Both the position numbers and the translations under genes were made by a program. From the IMG/VR virus record IMGVR_UViG_3300032086_003797, positions 64,001 through 128,000 of that record: a DNA stretch of 64,000 bases, one strand, 5' to 3'. Each line of letters starts with the position of its first letter. The stretch's first letter is position 1. The notes beneath the pieces were generated by a model, which saw only the letters and a list, made by a program, of their open reading frames with translations, searched no databases and had not been told where the DNA came from. Below, piece after piece: positions 1 to 10,038 of the stretch. This DNA comes from a virus.

Positions 1-1
1 T

Positions 2-1072
2 GAAGAGAGTAGATCACTAGAAACTAAGCTGGACGTCATTGAGGGCTTCAAGGTTTCAGCAGGTTATGTGTCGCCTAAATTTATTACAGACCACAGAAGA
101 AGCGCAGTAGAATATAATAATCCTTTAGTGTTGACTACAGATTATGAGCTTGATTCACTAGAAGAGATGCTGCCAGTGCTGGAGGTAATTGCCAGAGACG
201 GCAGACCCTGCATTATCGCAGCCGAGGAGATTTCAGGTCAACTACTTGCTGCTTTGATTATTAACCGTATGCGCAACGGCATGAAGATCGCAGCGATCAA
301 GGTACCTGAGTATGGCGAAGAGCGTCGAGCCATCCTATCAGATATTGCTACGACGACTGGCGGAACATTTATCAGCAGAGATAGCGGAATCCGCTTAGGT
401 GATATCAAGCTGGAGCACCTGGGGTCCTGTAAGAGTGTTGAGATCCTCAAGAGTAGAACAACTTTTGTTGGTGGAAACACTGATTTTGAGGAGATGGATT
501 CTCTGATAGAAACCTTAAAGAAAGAAGTAGAGGACACTGAGGATCTGCATCAGGCAGGCAAGATACAAGAAAGAATTACTAGGCTTGCATCAGGCGTGTC
601 TGTACTACAGGTTGGCGGCGCAACTGAAGTAGAAGTCGAAGAGAAGAAGCACAGGTTTGAGGACGCACTCGAAGCTGTGCGTAGTGCCCAAGAAGAGGGT
701 GTAGTGCCAGGCGGAGGCATTAGCCTTATCCGTGCAGCCATGGCGCTGCCAGAAAGAAACTTTGAGACCAGAGGAGAATTGCTAGGGTATCAAACCTTAG
801 TCTCAGCTTGTTATTCTCCTCTGCGCCAGATTCTAGACAATGCTGGGATATCCAGTGATGTAGTCATCAACTCTATTCCTATGGAGGAGGGAACTGAACT
901 GGTTGGCTTCAATGTTCGCTCGGGGCGCTTTGAAGATCTGATCGAGGTCGGCGTCATAGATCCAGTGAAAGTAACAAAGTCAGCGGTTACAAATGCTTCG
1001 TCAGCAGCGGGTATTTTAATTACTACAAACTGCTCGGTTTTGCGGGAACAAGTGGAACAAAAGGCAACCTGA
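2..1072 (+). CDS. groEL: Chaperonin GroEL (Cpn60), 5' truncated by window edge
   Basis: Frame open from position 2 (EESRSLETKLDVIEGFKVSAGYVSPKF); motifs ERITRLASGV, VGGATEVE, EEGVVPGGG, GVIDPVKVT; lacks GGM tail. Confidence 0.95.
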   Translation, partial: EESRSLETKLDVIEGFKVSAGYVSPKFITDHRRSAVEYNNPLVLTTDYELDSLEEMLPVLEVIARDGRPCIIAAEEISGQLLAALIINRMRNGMKIAAIKVPEYGEERRAILSDIATTTGGTFISRDSGIRLGDIKLEHLGSCKSVEILKSRTTFVGGNTDFEEMDSLIETLKKEVEDTEDLHQAGKIQERITRLASGVSVLQVGGATEVEVEEKKHRFEDALEAVRSAQEEGVVPGGGISLIRAAMALPERNFETRGELLGYQTLVSACYSPLRQILDNAGISSDVVINSIPMEEGTELVGFNVRSGRFEDLIEVGVIDPVKVTKSAVTNASSAAGILITTNCSVLREQVEQKAT

Positions 1073-1103
1073 AAACTAGTTACTAATAGTTCCATAAAAC
1101 TAC

Positions 1104-1137
1104 AAAGCCCAGCGTCTGCCTGGGCTTTATTTTTTTC
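1104..1137 (+). terminator. Intrinsic terminator
   Basis: AAAGCCCAG/CTGGGCTTT stem followed by T-run downstream of groEL. Confidence 0.75.
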
Positions 1138-1154
1138 AAAGAGGTGGTAGCACT

Positions 1155-1613
1155 ATGAGTGATGAAATTCTAAAACTATTATTAGAGAAGCTAGAAAAGG
1201 TTGAACATAAAGTAGTTAACTCCCCTGCGATGAACGGCGGCTTTGACAAGCTGTTGTCTGAGGTCGACCACATTAAGCAATCTCAAACTGAAGTATTAGA
1301 GTCCGTCCGTGGCATTAAGCAAAGCCTTTACGAGCCCGACTCTGGATTATACAGTCGAGTCAAAGGTCTGGAGACAGAATCAGCCAGACGCTGGCAGTTT
1401 ATCAAAGAGGCTAAGCCAGCCCTGGAATTCTCCAAGGAGCTTACAGTCTGGAAGGTTAGAGCGGATAAGGATCTGGAAGAGGTCGAGCGTTTACACCTTG
1501 AGGTGTCTAAGCTTCAAGATTGGAAAGACGGTATGCAGAAAGTTATTTGGCTCCTAGCCACCGCCGCAGGCGGGCTGTGGATCAAGAACTTGGCAGACCT
1601 AATGATGAAATGA
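1155..1613 (+). CDS. Hypothetical coiled-coil protein with C-terminal hydrophobic helix
   Basis: GAGGTGG RBS, heptad-like pattern, VIWLLATAAGGLWI near C-terminus. Confidence 0.7.
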   Translation: MSDEILKLLLEKLEKVEHKVVNSPAMNGGFDKLLSEVDHIKQSQTEVLESVRGIKQSLYEPDSGLYSRVKGLETESARRWQFIKEAKPALEFSKELTVWKVRADKDLEEVERLHLEVSKLQDWKDGMQKVIWLLATAAGGLWIKNLADLMMK

Positions 1614-1745
1614 TTGGCTTTATCGTAGGGGCGATTATGTTTTCTATTGCCACCATTTATTATCGTATTAAATGGAAGCAGTGCAAAGCAGAGAAAAACA
1701 GAATACTTAAAAACTCTTGGCAATGGCAAGACTGGGGGGAATAAA

Positions 1746-2105
1746 ATGAAAAGCTGGAAACCTATCTTTATTGAGAACAGCAAAGTGCCTGTTTGGTTAT
1801 CATACCTTGCACCAATAAACATTGGTGCCATAACTCTTTTCTTCTTGGTATTTAGCCGAGGGGAGATGGGCAAAAGACTGAAGCGCCACGAGACAATCCA
1901 CTTCCAGCAGATGCTAGAGACATTGGTCATTGGCTTCTTGTTTTTGTATCTCTGGGATTATGCCAGGGGATACATCAAATACAAAGATGGTGCAAAAGCC
2001 TACCGCTGCATAAGAGCAGAACAAGAAGCATATAATAATGACGGCACAGCAGGATATCTACAAAAAAGAAAAAGATATCAGTGGATACGAAAGTATGCTG
2101 CATGA
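1746..2105 (+). CDS. Small HExxH zinc-peptidase-like membrane protein
   Basis: HETIH motif plus downstream EQEAY; start MKSWK chosen. Confidence 0.6.
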   Translation: MKSWKPIFIENSKVPVWLSYLAPINIGAITLFFLVFSRGEMGKRLKRHETIHFQQMLETLVIGFLFLYLWDYARGYIKYKDGAKAYRCIRAEQEAYNNDGTAGYLQKRKRYQWIRKYAA

Positions 2106-2122
2106 ACCAAGGAGCGCCTAGC

Positions 2123-2464
2123 ATGAACCATCAAGGACTTGCAGATGAATTAGTTAAGTTAGCAGAGCATCTTGTGGGTGGCTATGGTATATTGTTTTTC
2201 GTAGCGTTTGTCACTTTTATGTTTAGGGACTTCGTTACGAACTTTGCAGCGGGTCTAAGATTTATGTTTGGGTCCGACTTTGACGTTGATGACCTAGTAT
2301 GGATTGATGGTAAAAAGAAAGCAAGAATCATGCGCCAGACCCCAGTAAAGACAGTGTTCCATCTACTGGAGACAGATAGAAAGCTTGTTGTTCCCAACAT
2401 AGACCTCTATAAATTAAAGATAGAGAAGGCACTCCCAGGTGCAAATGATGGGAGAGACATCTAG
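2123..2464 (+). CDS. Truncated MscS-like membrane protein
   Basis: TM helix then FRDFVTNFAAGL..F..DDLVWIDG, resembling MscS TM3 and beta domain. Confidence 0.5.
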   Translation: MNHQGLADELVKLAEHLVGGYGILFFVAFVTFMFRDFVTNFAAGLRFMFGSDFDVDDLVWIDGKKKARIMRQTPVKTVFHLLETDRKLVVPNIDLYKLKIEKALPGANDGRDI

Positions 2465-2540
2465 AATGCGTGTGAGCACAATTGAAATGATGGTATTGCT
2501 TGCGTTGGCTGTATTGGCTGGCGTAATTTTTTTATAATAT

Positions 2541-2590
2541 TTCCTTGACCAATGCCTGATGTGTGGTATTATAAATTGTAAGGGAGACAA
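2541..2590 (+). promoter_or_regulatory. Conserved early promoter/leader cassette, copy 1
   Basis: TTGACC-16nt-TATTAT with extended -10 TG, then AAATTGTAAGGGAGA. Confidence 0.85.
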
Positions 2591-2593
2591 ATA

Positions 2594-3217
2594 ATGAGTT
2601 ACTGGTCCCAAATGTACCGCCGCCCTCAACGAGCAGAGCGCCTTGAGCTTGAGAACGGCGAGGCTCGCTTCGAGTCCTTGATGGCTAGGAAGCTATCGCA
2701 AGGAGACCGCAAGTTCGCTGAGTCTCTCAAGAGTCAGTTTGAGGATGGCGGCAAGCTGTCTCCCAAGCAGATTGAGTGTGTTGAGCGTATGGAGCAACGC
2801 TACTCTGATGAGTCTGTGTTGAAGCGTGAGCAGTGGGCTCAGTCCTACAAGGCTGACCACCGTGAGACCGCTATCATCGTGGCTCGCTACTATCGCACCA
2901 CTCAGTACTTCCGAGATCTTGCCAGCAAGATTCTCTTAGACGAGGAATTTATTCCTACCGAGCGCCAGTTCATCGCCATGACCAAAAACAAGTATGCTAA
3001 GAAGGCTATTGCCACTGCGACCGAACCGCCAGCTTTCCCTGTTGGTTCGCTCTGCAAGATCCGTGCTAACGCTAGCCTGGTACATCAACGTGAGTTACAC
3101 AACCAAGTTGCGCTTGTTATGGATAATCATCCTATCGGTCTCCACGCTAAGTCAACCTTGCTTGTGAACGGTATCCAAGTCAAGCTAGAGGATCGCTGCT
3201 TGAAAGTAGCGAAATAA
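2594..3217 (+). CDS. Hypothetical early protein, C-terminal G(S/D)L beta-barrel-like domain
   Basis: Directly follows cassette; LSPKQ and PTERQ repeats; FPVGSLCKIR. Confidence 0.75.
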   Translation: MSYWSQMYRRPQRAERLELENGEARFESLMARKLSQGDRKFAESLKSQFEDGGKLSPKQIECVERMEQRYSDESVLKREQWAQSYKADHRETAIIVARYYRTTQYFRDLASKILLDEEFIPTERQFIAMTKNKYAKKAIATATEPPAFPVGSLCKIRANASLVHQRELHNQVALVMDNHPIGLHAKSTLLVNGIQVKLEDRCLKVAK

Positions 3218-3282
3218 TAAATTATACAGTCAGGGTGATAATATGGTAAAACAGTATACATAATATTGAAGAGGTTATTCTA

Positions 3283-4056
3283 TTGAATCCAAAAGCATAC
3301 ATATTTGATATGGACGGGACCTTAACTGAGTCCCGCCGTCATATAGTGAGTGCAACGGCGGACGCCTTACGAAGCTTGATGCCAGCAAAACTATACTTAG
3401 TTACGGGCTCCGACTTTAGCAAGGTTGCAGAGCAGCTTGATAACGATCTAATCCTTGGCACGTTTGAGCGCATATACGCATGTAATGGCACTAGGGTTTG
3501 GAACTGCAACTTGGATATGGACGATGAAACTGGGGCTCTTGAACCAGAGTTGATCCACAAAGTAAGCTTGACAGATCATTACTCACAAGCAGACCTCAAT
3601 CACATTACCACTACGCTTTTAAAAATGGCGGCAGATAACCACACAAAGTTTAAGACGGGTACGTTTGTCGAGTGGCGAGATCCCCTGATCAACTTCTCTC
3701 TGATTGGTAGGAACTGTACTCTTGAGCAGCGAGATGATTACGCCAAGTGGGACAGTAAATCAGGTGAAAGAGATAAAGCAATTGAGCAACTTGAGAAGAC
3801 CTTCCAGGGCTGGGGACTATCCTTCAGGAAGGGCGGACAGATCTCTATCGACATCACCCGTAAGGGCTGGGATAAGTCCTACGCTTTCAGGAACATGCAT
3901 GAGAAGCCAGAGGAGTGTGTGTTCTTTGGGGATCGTATCGACGGGAACGGAAATGACAGCGATATAGCTGTTTTATGTAAAACATATCACGAAGTATCTG
4001 GACCGCAGGAAACGGTTGAGATTATAAAATCAGTATACAACAAAGGGAGAAAATAA
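3283..4056 (+). CDS. HAD-IIB phosphomannomutase (eukaryote PMM/Sec53 type)
   Basis: FDMDGTLT, INFSLIGRNCT, GGQISIDI..GWDK, FFGD...GND motifs. Confidence 0.85.
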   Translation: MNPKAYIFDMDGTLTESRRHIVSATADALRSLMPAKLYLVTGSDFSKVAEQLDNDLILGTFERIYACNGTRVWNCNLDMDDETGALEPELIHKVSLTDHYSQADLNHITTTLLKMAADNHTKFKTGTFVEWRDPLINFSLIGRNCTLEQRDDYAKWDSKSGERDKAIEQLEKTFQGWGLSFRKGGQISIDITRKGWDKSYAFRNMHEKPEECVFFGDRIDGNGNDSDIAVLCKTYHEVSGPQETVEIIKSVYNKGRK

Positions 4057-4058
4057 GT

Positions 4059-4463
4059 ATGCGTGCAAATATTAACTTGAATATCCACATCGATCAAGTG
4101 AAAACTTTATCAAGAAGTATGCTAGCCAATGAAGGTCAGCGGTTAATGCATTTGGTCAACGGGTACACTGAAAGTGTCTTAAAGCCACTTGATGACGGTG
4201 ATCTGGGAGAGGTTTTGGGGAACCTCGATGAACTTAGAGAGCACTTGGCAGATATTGATATAATGCTAGCCCAAGCAGGGAACATCCTAAGCGGCTATCA
4301 CCACCGTGATGAATCTGAAGTTGCAGTTGAAACTAGCAGGCTCAAGTCAAGCATTGAATCTAGACTGGCAGAAGCAGAAAAGTTTAATAGTTTTCTGGAA
4401 AAGATTTCAGACCAAGTAGTGGAAGAAGGACCTGCGGAGAACCTTGATGATGGCGAAGACTAA
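4059..4463 (+). CDS. Hypothetical helical protein
   Basis: RBS and packing between neighbours. Confidence 0.6.
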   Translation: MRANINLNIHIDQVKTLSRSMLANEGQRLMHLVNGYTESVLKPLDDGDLGEVLGNLDELREHLADIDIMLAQAGNILSGYHHRDESEVAVETSRLKSSIESRLAEAEKFNSFLEKISDQVVEEGPAENLDDGED

Positions 4464-4673
4464 TATTAGTAGCTTCCTGACTCAAGGCGACTTGGTTTAT
4501 CTACCCGCTAAAACATCGCTAACAAAATATGATTCAGCGGGCGTAGCGAATACTTTTTGCTATCTGAAGGAGCCAAGAGATGTTGTCTATAACCGTGGTC
4601 TCGGGCTCGGCAGGGTAGAGATTTTGTATGAAGGGGAACTTTGGTGCGTGCAGGAAGAAAGCTGTTTCATGCC

Positions 4674-5630
4674 ATGAAGATAACTAAGCCAAACACTTGG
4701 CTGAATCTTTATGATTTCTATGCCACGAACCATCTAATTCCAATTGACTTTTGGTATGATTCAGATCAGCCTGGAGGACCATACAATAATCCTTTTTATG
4801 AGCCTGTGACGAATCGAAGGTTCAATCAGGTGTCAGCCAAGAAGGCTAATCCTGCCAGGGTCCGACTGATATTTTTGCGAACCCTACTTGCTGATGAGCC
4901 AGGGTATAAAAGGTTGTGTCACAAAGATGGCAGACCAGTATGGGCTTATGATCTAAAGTACGAAGGCGTCAAGCCATCTCAGGGCAGGACGCTATCCTTC
5001 AATCTCAAGGGGGAATCAAAGCGGTTTGTGGTTAGCGAGAGGCATACACTCTTCTTAGAGGATGATCAGTATATCAATCCAAACCACCACTTTTTTATGC
5101 TTAGTCATAGATTGGCTTTCTCTTGTTTTGGTAATCCGTTTGTTGCTGATAGATGCCTTAAATTGATGTATCAGAAATGCGACACGTCTGAAACAGAAAA
5201 GGAATTTATGAAGCGAGTCCAAGAAGATTCTCAAATAAAGATTGGCTCTTTGGTAGAAGTTAGGATGGGGCTGTTCGCTCCTGATTTTAAGTATCGCAAG
5301 AATCTCCTGATTACTATGGCAGAAAAATATTGTGATAAAATAGGATATGAGGAGTCACACCCCGAGCGGGCTAAATTACTCCGACTGCTGAAAGGGTCGT
5401 CAACTTTTCACGGCATCTCAGAAACCCAAGAGCCGTCATATATAGAGTTTGTCAATTGGTGCAGGGATAGCAACGAGTGCATATTTCCGTTAGGGCTGGT
5501 ACTGAGGAAAGACCCAGTGCCTAAAAAGCTTTCGTCCAATGGTCGGGAGTCTTACACAGTAAAATTTGGTGATTTAGTATATGAGGAACTTCACCCTATA
5601 CAAATGGAGGTTGTAAAAAACAATGTATAA
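4674..5630 (+). CDS. Hypothetical protein
   Basis: ATGA overlap with upstream ORF; contains IKIGSLVEVR. Confidence 0.65.
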   Translation: MKITKPNTWLNLYDFYATNHLIPIDFWYDSDQPGGPYNNPFYEPVTNRRFNQVSAKKANPARVRLIFLRTLLADEPGYKRLCHKDGRPVWAYDLKYEGVKPSQGRTLSFNLKGESKRFVVSERHTLFLEDDQYINPNHHFFMLSHRLAFSCFGNPFVADRCLKLMYQKCDTSETEKEFMKRVQEDSQIKIGSLVEVRMGLFAPDFKYRKNLLITMAEKYCDKIGYEESHPERAKLLRLLKGSSTFHGISETQEPSYIEFVNWCRDSNECIFPLGLVLRKDPVPKKLSSNGRESYTVKFGDLVYEELHPIQMEVVKNNV

Positions 5631-5877
5631 TGTAGTAGCAAAAGCAACGTGTCCCTATTGTGTGTCAGCAATAGAGTTACTAAAAGAGAATGGCTTATCT
5701 TATCAAGTAGTGTCGGTTGATGGAAACCCTGAACTTTTACAGGAGATGAAGTCTAATTACAATTGGCAGACAGTACCGATTATTACTGAAGTAACCCCAA
5801 GGGGAACTAGGTTTATTGGTGGCTATACGGATCTTCGAGAACACCTCAAGACTGGGAAGACGCTGCTAAGGGGATGA
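5623..5877 (+). CDS. Glutaredoxin
   Basis: CPYC, TVP, FIGGYTDL. Confidence 0.92.
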   Translation: MYNVVAKATCPYCVSAIELLKENGLSYQVVSVDGNPELLQEMKSNYNWQTVPIITEVTPRGTRFIGGYTDLREHLKTGKTLLRG

Positions 5878-5878
5878 T

Positions 5879-6217
5879 TTGTCAGAAGGTAAGAAATATG
5901 GTCTTAAGATCAACACTGTAATTACGAGCATCGAATACTTGTCGCAGATAAGAGACTATGCTGAATCTATTATCCTAAACTTTGAAGAAGACGAAGAATT
6001 TTACACAAAAGAAATGCTCAGAGATCTGTGTGCATTCGTGACTGCTGTCACGGGTCAGATAGAATGGGTGATGGATGATATAGTGCCTAGGGCACCAAAG
6101 GATGGCGTAGTACCAGTAAGCTCGGAGGATATTGATACCATGAAGCTTTACAGTGAGATGGTTAACAACAGGCTGACTAAATTAAAAAAGTATCATATTT
6201 CTTTCAAGGAGCATTAA
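5879..6217 (+). CDS. Hypothetical protein
   Basis: ORF packing. Confidence 0.55.
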   Translation: MSEGKKYGLKINTVITSIEYLSQIRDYAESIILNFEEDEEFYTKEMLRDLCAFVTAVTGQIEWVMDDIVPRAPKDGVVPVSSEDIDTMKLYSEMVNNRLTKLKKYHISFKEH

Positions 6218-6584
6218 CAAATGTTGAATAATCTATTACAATATAGGCACACCGCAGTCAATGCAGCTTTAGGGTTTGTGTTCTTGGGTGTGATCACAGC
6301 TAGGCTAATCATAGAACGACTTGGGGATAGGTAGTATTGTATACTAAATCAGAGCTAGCTTTTATTAGGAGCATGTTGGCTGGCGACAGTTGTCAACAGG
6401 CTCAGTCTAATGTGGCTAGGCTTGGCTTACCTGCGCTTACGAAACAAACACTAGCAGTCTGGCAAAACATATACCTACCAGTATTACGAAAAAACAGATT
6501 TTACGCAACCAGCGTCGCCTCAGGCACAATGTCTATGAGCGACGTAATCACTAGCATCAATAAAAGGATGAAAGGTTAGAGATA

Positions 6585-6944
6585 ATGAATGAAGAAAAGT
6601 CTTGGTTCAAATCATTTTGCGAAAGCAACCGTCTACGCTATCGGCTAGCAGAGGACTCGCACGCCGTCGCTGTATCTTCTGGAAAGTGGAAGAACGATCA
6701 ATTCTTCGACGGCTTCGGCAAGGGCATTGTTGGCATCTTTGTGCAAAGAGATACAAAGACACAATATACATATTTGAAGAAGCGCCTGATCGATAAATTT
6801 GGTTGCGAGGTAACTCAAGATGGGGAAACTGAAGGGTGCTTTACAGTAGAAGCCTGGCAAGCTATGCCCATTGCTAAACACTTGAGAATTACCATGCACA
6901 AGGCTAGAGTATCCAACCCTAAGTGGCTGCATAAAGATGAATAG
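6585..6944 (+). CDS. Hypothetical protein
   Basis: RBS; overlaps next ORF. Confidence 0.6.
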   Translation: MNEEKSWFKSFCESNRLRYRLAEDSHAVAVSSGKWKNDQFFDGFGKGIVGIFVQRDTKTQYTYLKKRLIDKFGCEVTQDGETEGCFTVEAWQAMPIAKHLRITMHKARVSNPKWLHKDE

Positions 6945-7159
6945 TCCGCTGAAACCAAGCCTATCTAAAGATGATATTGCATTTGTTGGGCAATTGTTGC
7001 TCAAAAACTCTCAGACAGACATAGATAAATTAGTAGGTTCTTTAGCGGTTCAACTAGCCCACTGCCACCAGCAACGGGATATGCATCGCTATCTTAACCC
7101 AATATTTTTCTTAGCTGGGCTTCTTATAGGATATTATATCGGAGCCTAAAGGGGGTTCG

Positions 7160-7609
7160 GTGGAAGCCAAAGTTGCTTTCTATAAAGGAGAAGGACAGTG
7201 GCACAATCGCTTCATAAGGTATTGGACTAAGAGTAAATATTCACACGCCGAACTAATAATAGACAAAGAGTGCTACACCATAGAGCCATTCAGCTTAGAA
7301 GGTGTCAGAAAAACAGAATGCGATTATAGTGAAGCCGAGTGGGATTTTATATCATTTGAGATTACGGATGAGCAAAAAGAAATATTCAATAATTTCTTTA
7401 ACAAAACAAAGGGACAAGGATATGATTGGGTTGGAATGTTGGTAAGCCAAGCGTTACCAAACTATTTTGTCAAGTGTGTAAGCAAGTGGTACTGCTCCGA
7501 GTGGATTATCTACGCCTTGCGTCTAACTAATATTATCGGACCAGTATATGAACTATCCGATTTATCACCAAGTAAACTACATCAGCTTCTAACGGAGGAG
7601 AAAAGATGA
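7160..7609 (+). CDS. Permuted papain-like (YaeF/YiiX, NlpC/P60) amidase
   Basis: YSHAEL (His) precedes GYD and WYCSE (Cys): circularly permuted order. Confidence 0.8.
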   Translation: MEAKVAFYKGEGQWHNRFIRYWTKSKYSHAELIIDKECYTIEPFSLEGVRKTECDYSEAEWDFISFEITDEQKEIFNNFFNKTKGQGYDWVGMLVSQALPNYFVKCVSKWYCSEWIIYALRLTNIIGPVYELSDLSPSKLHQLLTEEKR

Positions 7610-7879
7610 CGCTATCTGATGAACAAATTTATTATAACCTGCCGAGCCATACTAAAGAGGCTGTTGGCTTATCGGATCGATATTGGGATTTAACGCTGCA
7701 ACAGAGATCCTTTGTGAGTGATTTGATTGAAACTTGCGCTGCACAGTTTAAGGACCATATCCTTATGGATAAAGAAGTTTACACGGATCTGCTCTCGGAT
7801 TCCTTGGCTCAGATCAAAGATGCGGCTGAAGATATTGATCAGGTCAGAAATCGCATCAATAGTTTTAATGAAGTAGATA

Positions 7880-8251
7880 ATGTCTAGAATGCAGTTTGCT
7901 GTAGGCGACCTAGTGTTTTGTGCAGACCAGCCCTCTGAAGAGGAGAGGTTTGTCATGTGCTCTTATGGACCAGACCACTGGGTTAACCAGACATCGAATC
8001 GCCCCTTCCTTCAGCCAGAACTTAAATCGCTAAAGAGCATTGTTGATCCTGTGTTACACAATTACAAGCACTACTATGGCACCACGGGGATAATTACTAG
8101 AGCCAAAGCGCCGAAAGGCAAGGATTCAAAAGGAATATATGAGATTTTTATCGAGGGTACAAAGTATATCGCACAAGATTATGTGCTTCATCGGCATATG
8201 ACGACTGACCCCCTAAAAGCGGTCCCCGTACTGAGCCATCACCATATCTAG
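7880..8251 (+). CDS. Hypothetical protein, G(D/S)LV family
   Basis: FAVGDLVF N-terminus. Confidence 0.6.
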   Translation: MSRMQFAVGDLVFCADQPSEEERFVMCSYGPDHWVNQTSNRPFLQPELKSLKSIVDPVLHNYKHYYGTTGIITRAKAPKGKDSKGIYEIFIEGTKYIAQDYVLHRHMTTDPLKAVPVLSHHHI

Positions 8252-8872
8252 TAGTCTTTGTTTTTCCTCGTCGTTATTCGCCATGAACCACAGATAACCA
8301 AGCGTAGTTTGCTTAGAGTTTATTGATTGTTCCATCTCTTTTATAGATTGCTCCAGGGATATGTTCTCAGCCTCCAGCAAATATTCTGGCACTTCAATAT
8401 TATATTTCATGCATAGTGAAACAAGTTCTGCTAAATTATTATTATCATATGCTTCCCTGGCTCTAAAAAAATCCTCTACGTTTTCATTTGAATTGGTTTT
8501 GTCTGGGTGTGTTTTGTCTATTAGTTTCCTAAAAAGCTTTTTTGCATTGGGGTCTTTTGGTGCGGCTTTAGATTGGCTTGTCTCTACATCTTCGCCATCG
8601 TCCAGATCATCTGCGAACCCAAACGGGTCACCATCGCTATTAACCTCTGTAGAAATTGGACCACCCGATTCTCCTTCCTCATCCTCGTCTTGGGGTCCGT
8701 ACCCACTATGTATGCCCCGTGACTCCATTAGCTTTTTCCAGAGTTCAGACGTTTTCATCTCTCTGTCGCCCGTAGCGCAGCAGTCTTCTACATGTTGCTC
8801 TTCGCTTTTGACCCAGCTATACTTTGATCTGAGTCTTTTGTTTTTCATCTTGGATCTCTTATCATTAGCCAT
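8213..8872 (-). CDS. J-domain (DnaJ-like) co-chaperone
   Basis: LFRKLIDKTHPDK...FFRAREAY; start MANDK at 8872; only convincing minus-strand gene. Confidence 0.75.
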   Translation of the reverse strand: MANDKRSKMKNKRLRSKYSWVKSEEQHVEDCCATGDREMKTSELWKKLMESRGIHSGYGPQDEDEEGESGGPISTEVNSDGDPFGFADDLDDGEDVETSQSKAAPKDPNAKKLFRKLIDKTHPDKTNSNENVEDFFRAREAYDNNNLAELVSLCMKYNIEVPEYLLEAENISLEQSIKEMEQSINSKQTTLGYLWFMANNDEEKQRLLDMVMAQYGDRF

Positions 8873-8920
8873 ATTATAAATAGCTATACAATACAATGAA
8901 AGTGTGTTATTAATAGAATC

Positions 8921-9235
8921 ATGAGTGAAGAAAATAAAAAGACACCACCCAGGAAGAGCCGACTGCGAGCAAAGAAAGGCTCGCACAAATTGACAGAGCG
9001 CCAAGTGGAGATGATCAGGTCGCAGAAAGGCAAGATGAGCGTGCGAGAAATAGCGAAGTGGTTTGCCAAGAAGAACCATTATCAAATTAAAATCAGTCCG
9101 TCATTGGTGCAAGGAATATTGAGTGGCAAGATGCATAAGAAAGAAGATAAGGTTTCAATCTATGATTTGATTAACGAAGATGTCTCCGAAGAAGAGCTTG
9201 AGAATATGGACCCAAAGAAAGTGAAATATGATTAG
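8921..9235 (+). CDS. Basic helix-turn-helix DNA-binding protein
   Basis: KLTERQVEMIR..SVREIAKWF..ISPSLVQGILSGK. Confidence 0.6.
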   Translation: MSEENKKTPPRKSRLRAKKGSHKLTERQVEMIRSQKGKMSVREIAKWFAKKNHYQIKISPSLVQGILSGKMHKKEDKVSIYDLINEDVSEEELENMDPKKVKYD

Positions 9236-9768
9236 TATTGTTTTGGCAACAGTTTTAGCTACAAACCTGGCAGCGCCAAGCTATAGCAAGCGACCTTACA
9301 TGGACAAGCCCCAAGTGAAGCGCCACGCTAACCAGATAACAAATTATCTTAAGAGGACAGACCCACGAGTGCTTCGTGAGGTCCTTCGTCAAATGAAGTG
9401 GGCTCCGATTAAAAAGCGCAAGCGAACAAAAGCCAGCACATTCGATGATTGGTATTTTGATATGATGTATGACTTCGGTGGGATTCCCAAAGTAAAATAA
9501 TAAGGATATTAGATTTGAGCGCAAAGTTAAAAGTAGAAGTTGGCGACGTCGATTACAGTGAGTTATCAGAAACATTAAAGTTCACTGTCGTGTTGAACAA
9601 AACCGCAATTGATTGCATCATGGAGACGCTGTTTACCAGCAGGGACATGATCACTAACGAGGAGGTCGCCTTGGCGGCAGCCGATGCCCTGCAAAGGGGG
9701 ATTGCCATGGATATTACAAGAGGCGGCATGAGGTCGCCAGTTATCAACCCATTTGAAGAGGACGGCTG

Positions 9769-10038
9769 ATGAAGAAAATCATCCACGTCAACCAACACGT
9801 CATCAGGCGCAACACAAAGCATGGAACTGATGAGCCAGTATTGACGGTAAAAACATATAAAGAAAATAATTATGCCCACGAGGCTATAATCAAAACAAAA
9901 GATGGTGTAGAATTAGGTAGGGTCATCTATAGTCCACACAAGCCACTGAGTTGTGGAGCGAGAGTATGGATTGAGACTGATACTGAAACTGCTGATGTTG
10001 AATTAATTGTCAGAGAAGGAGAAACAAATGACACTTGA
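9769..10038 (+). CDS. Conserved phage-type hypothetical protein
   Basis: IHVNQHVIR...PLSCGARVWIET. Confidence 0.7.
   Translation: MKKIIHVNQHVIRRNTKHGTDEPVLTVKTYKENNYAHEAIIKTKDGVELGRVIYSPHKPLSCGARVWIETDTETADVELIVREGETNDT

Noticed and set aside
8873-9085. N-terminal extension of the J-domain ORF
   Set aside because: Overlaps the opposite-strand HTH gene; ATG at 8872 is more plausible
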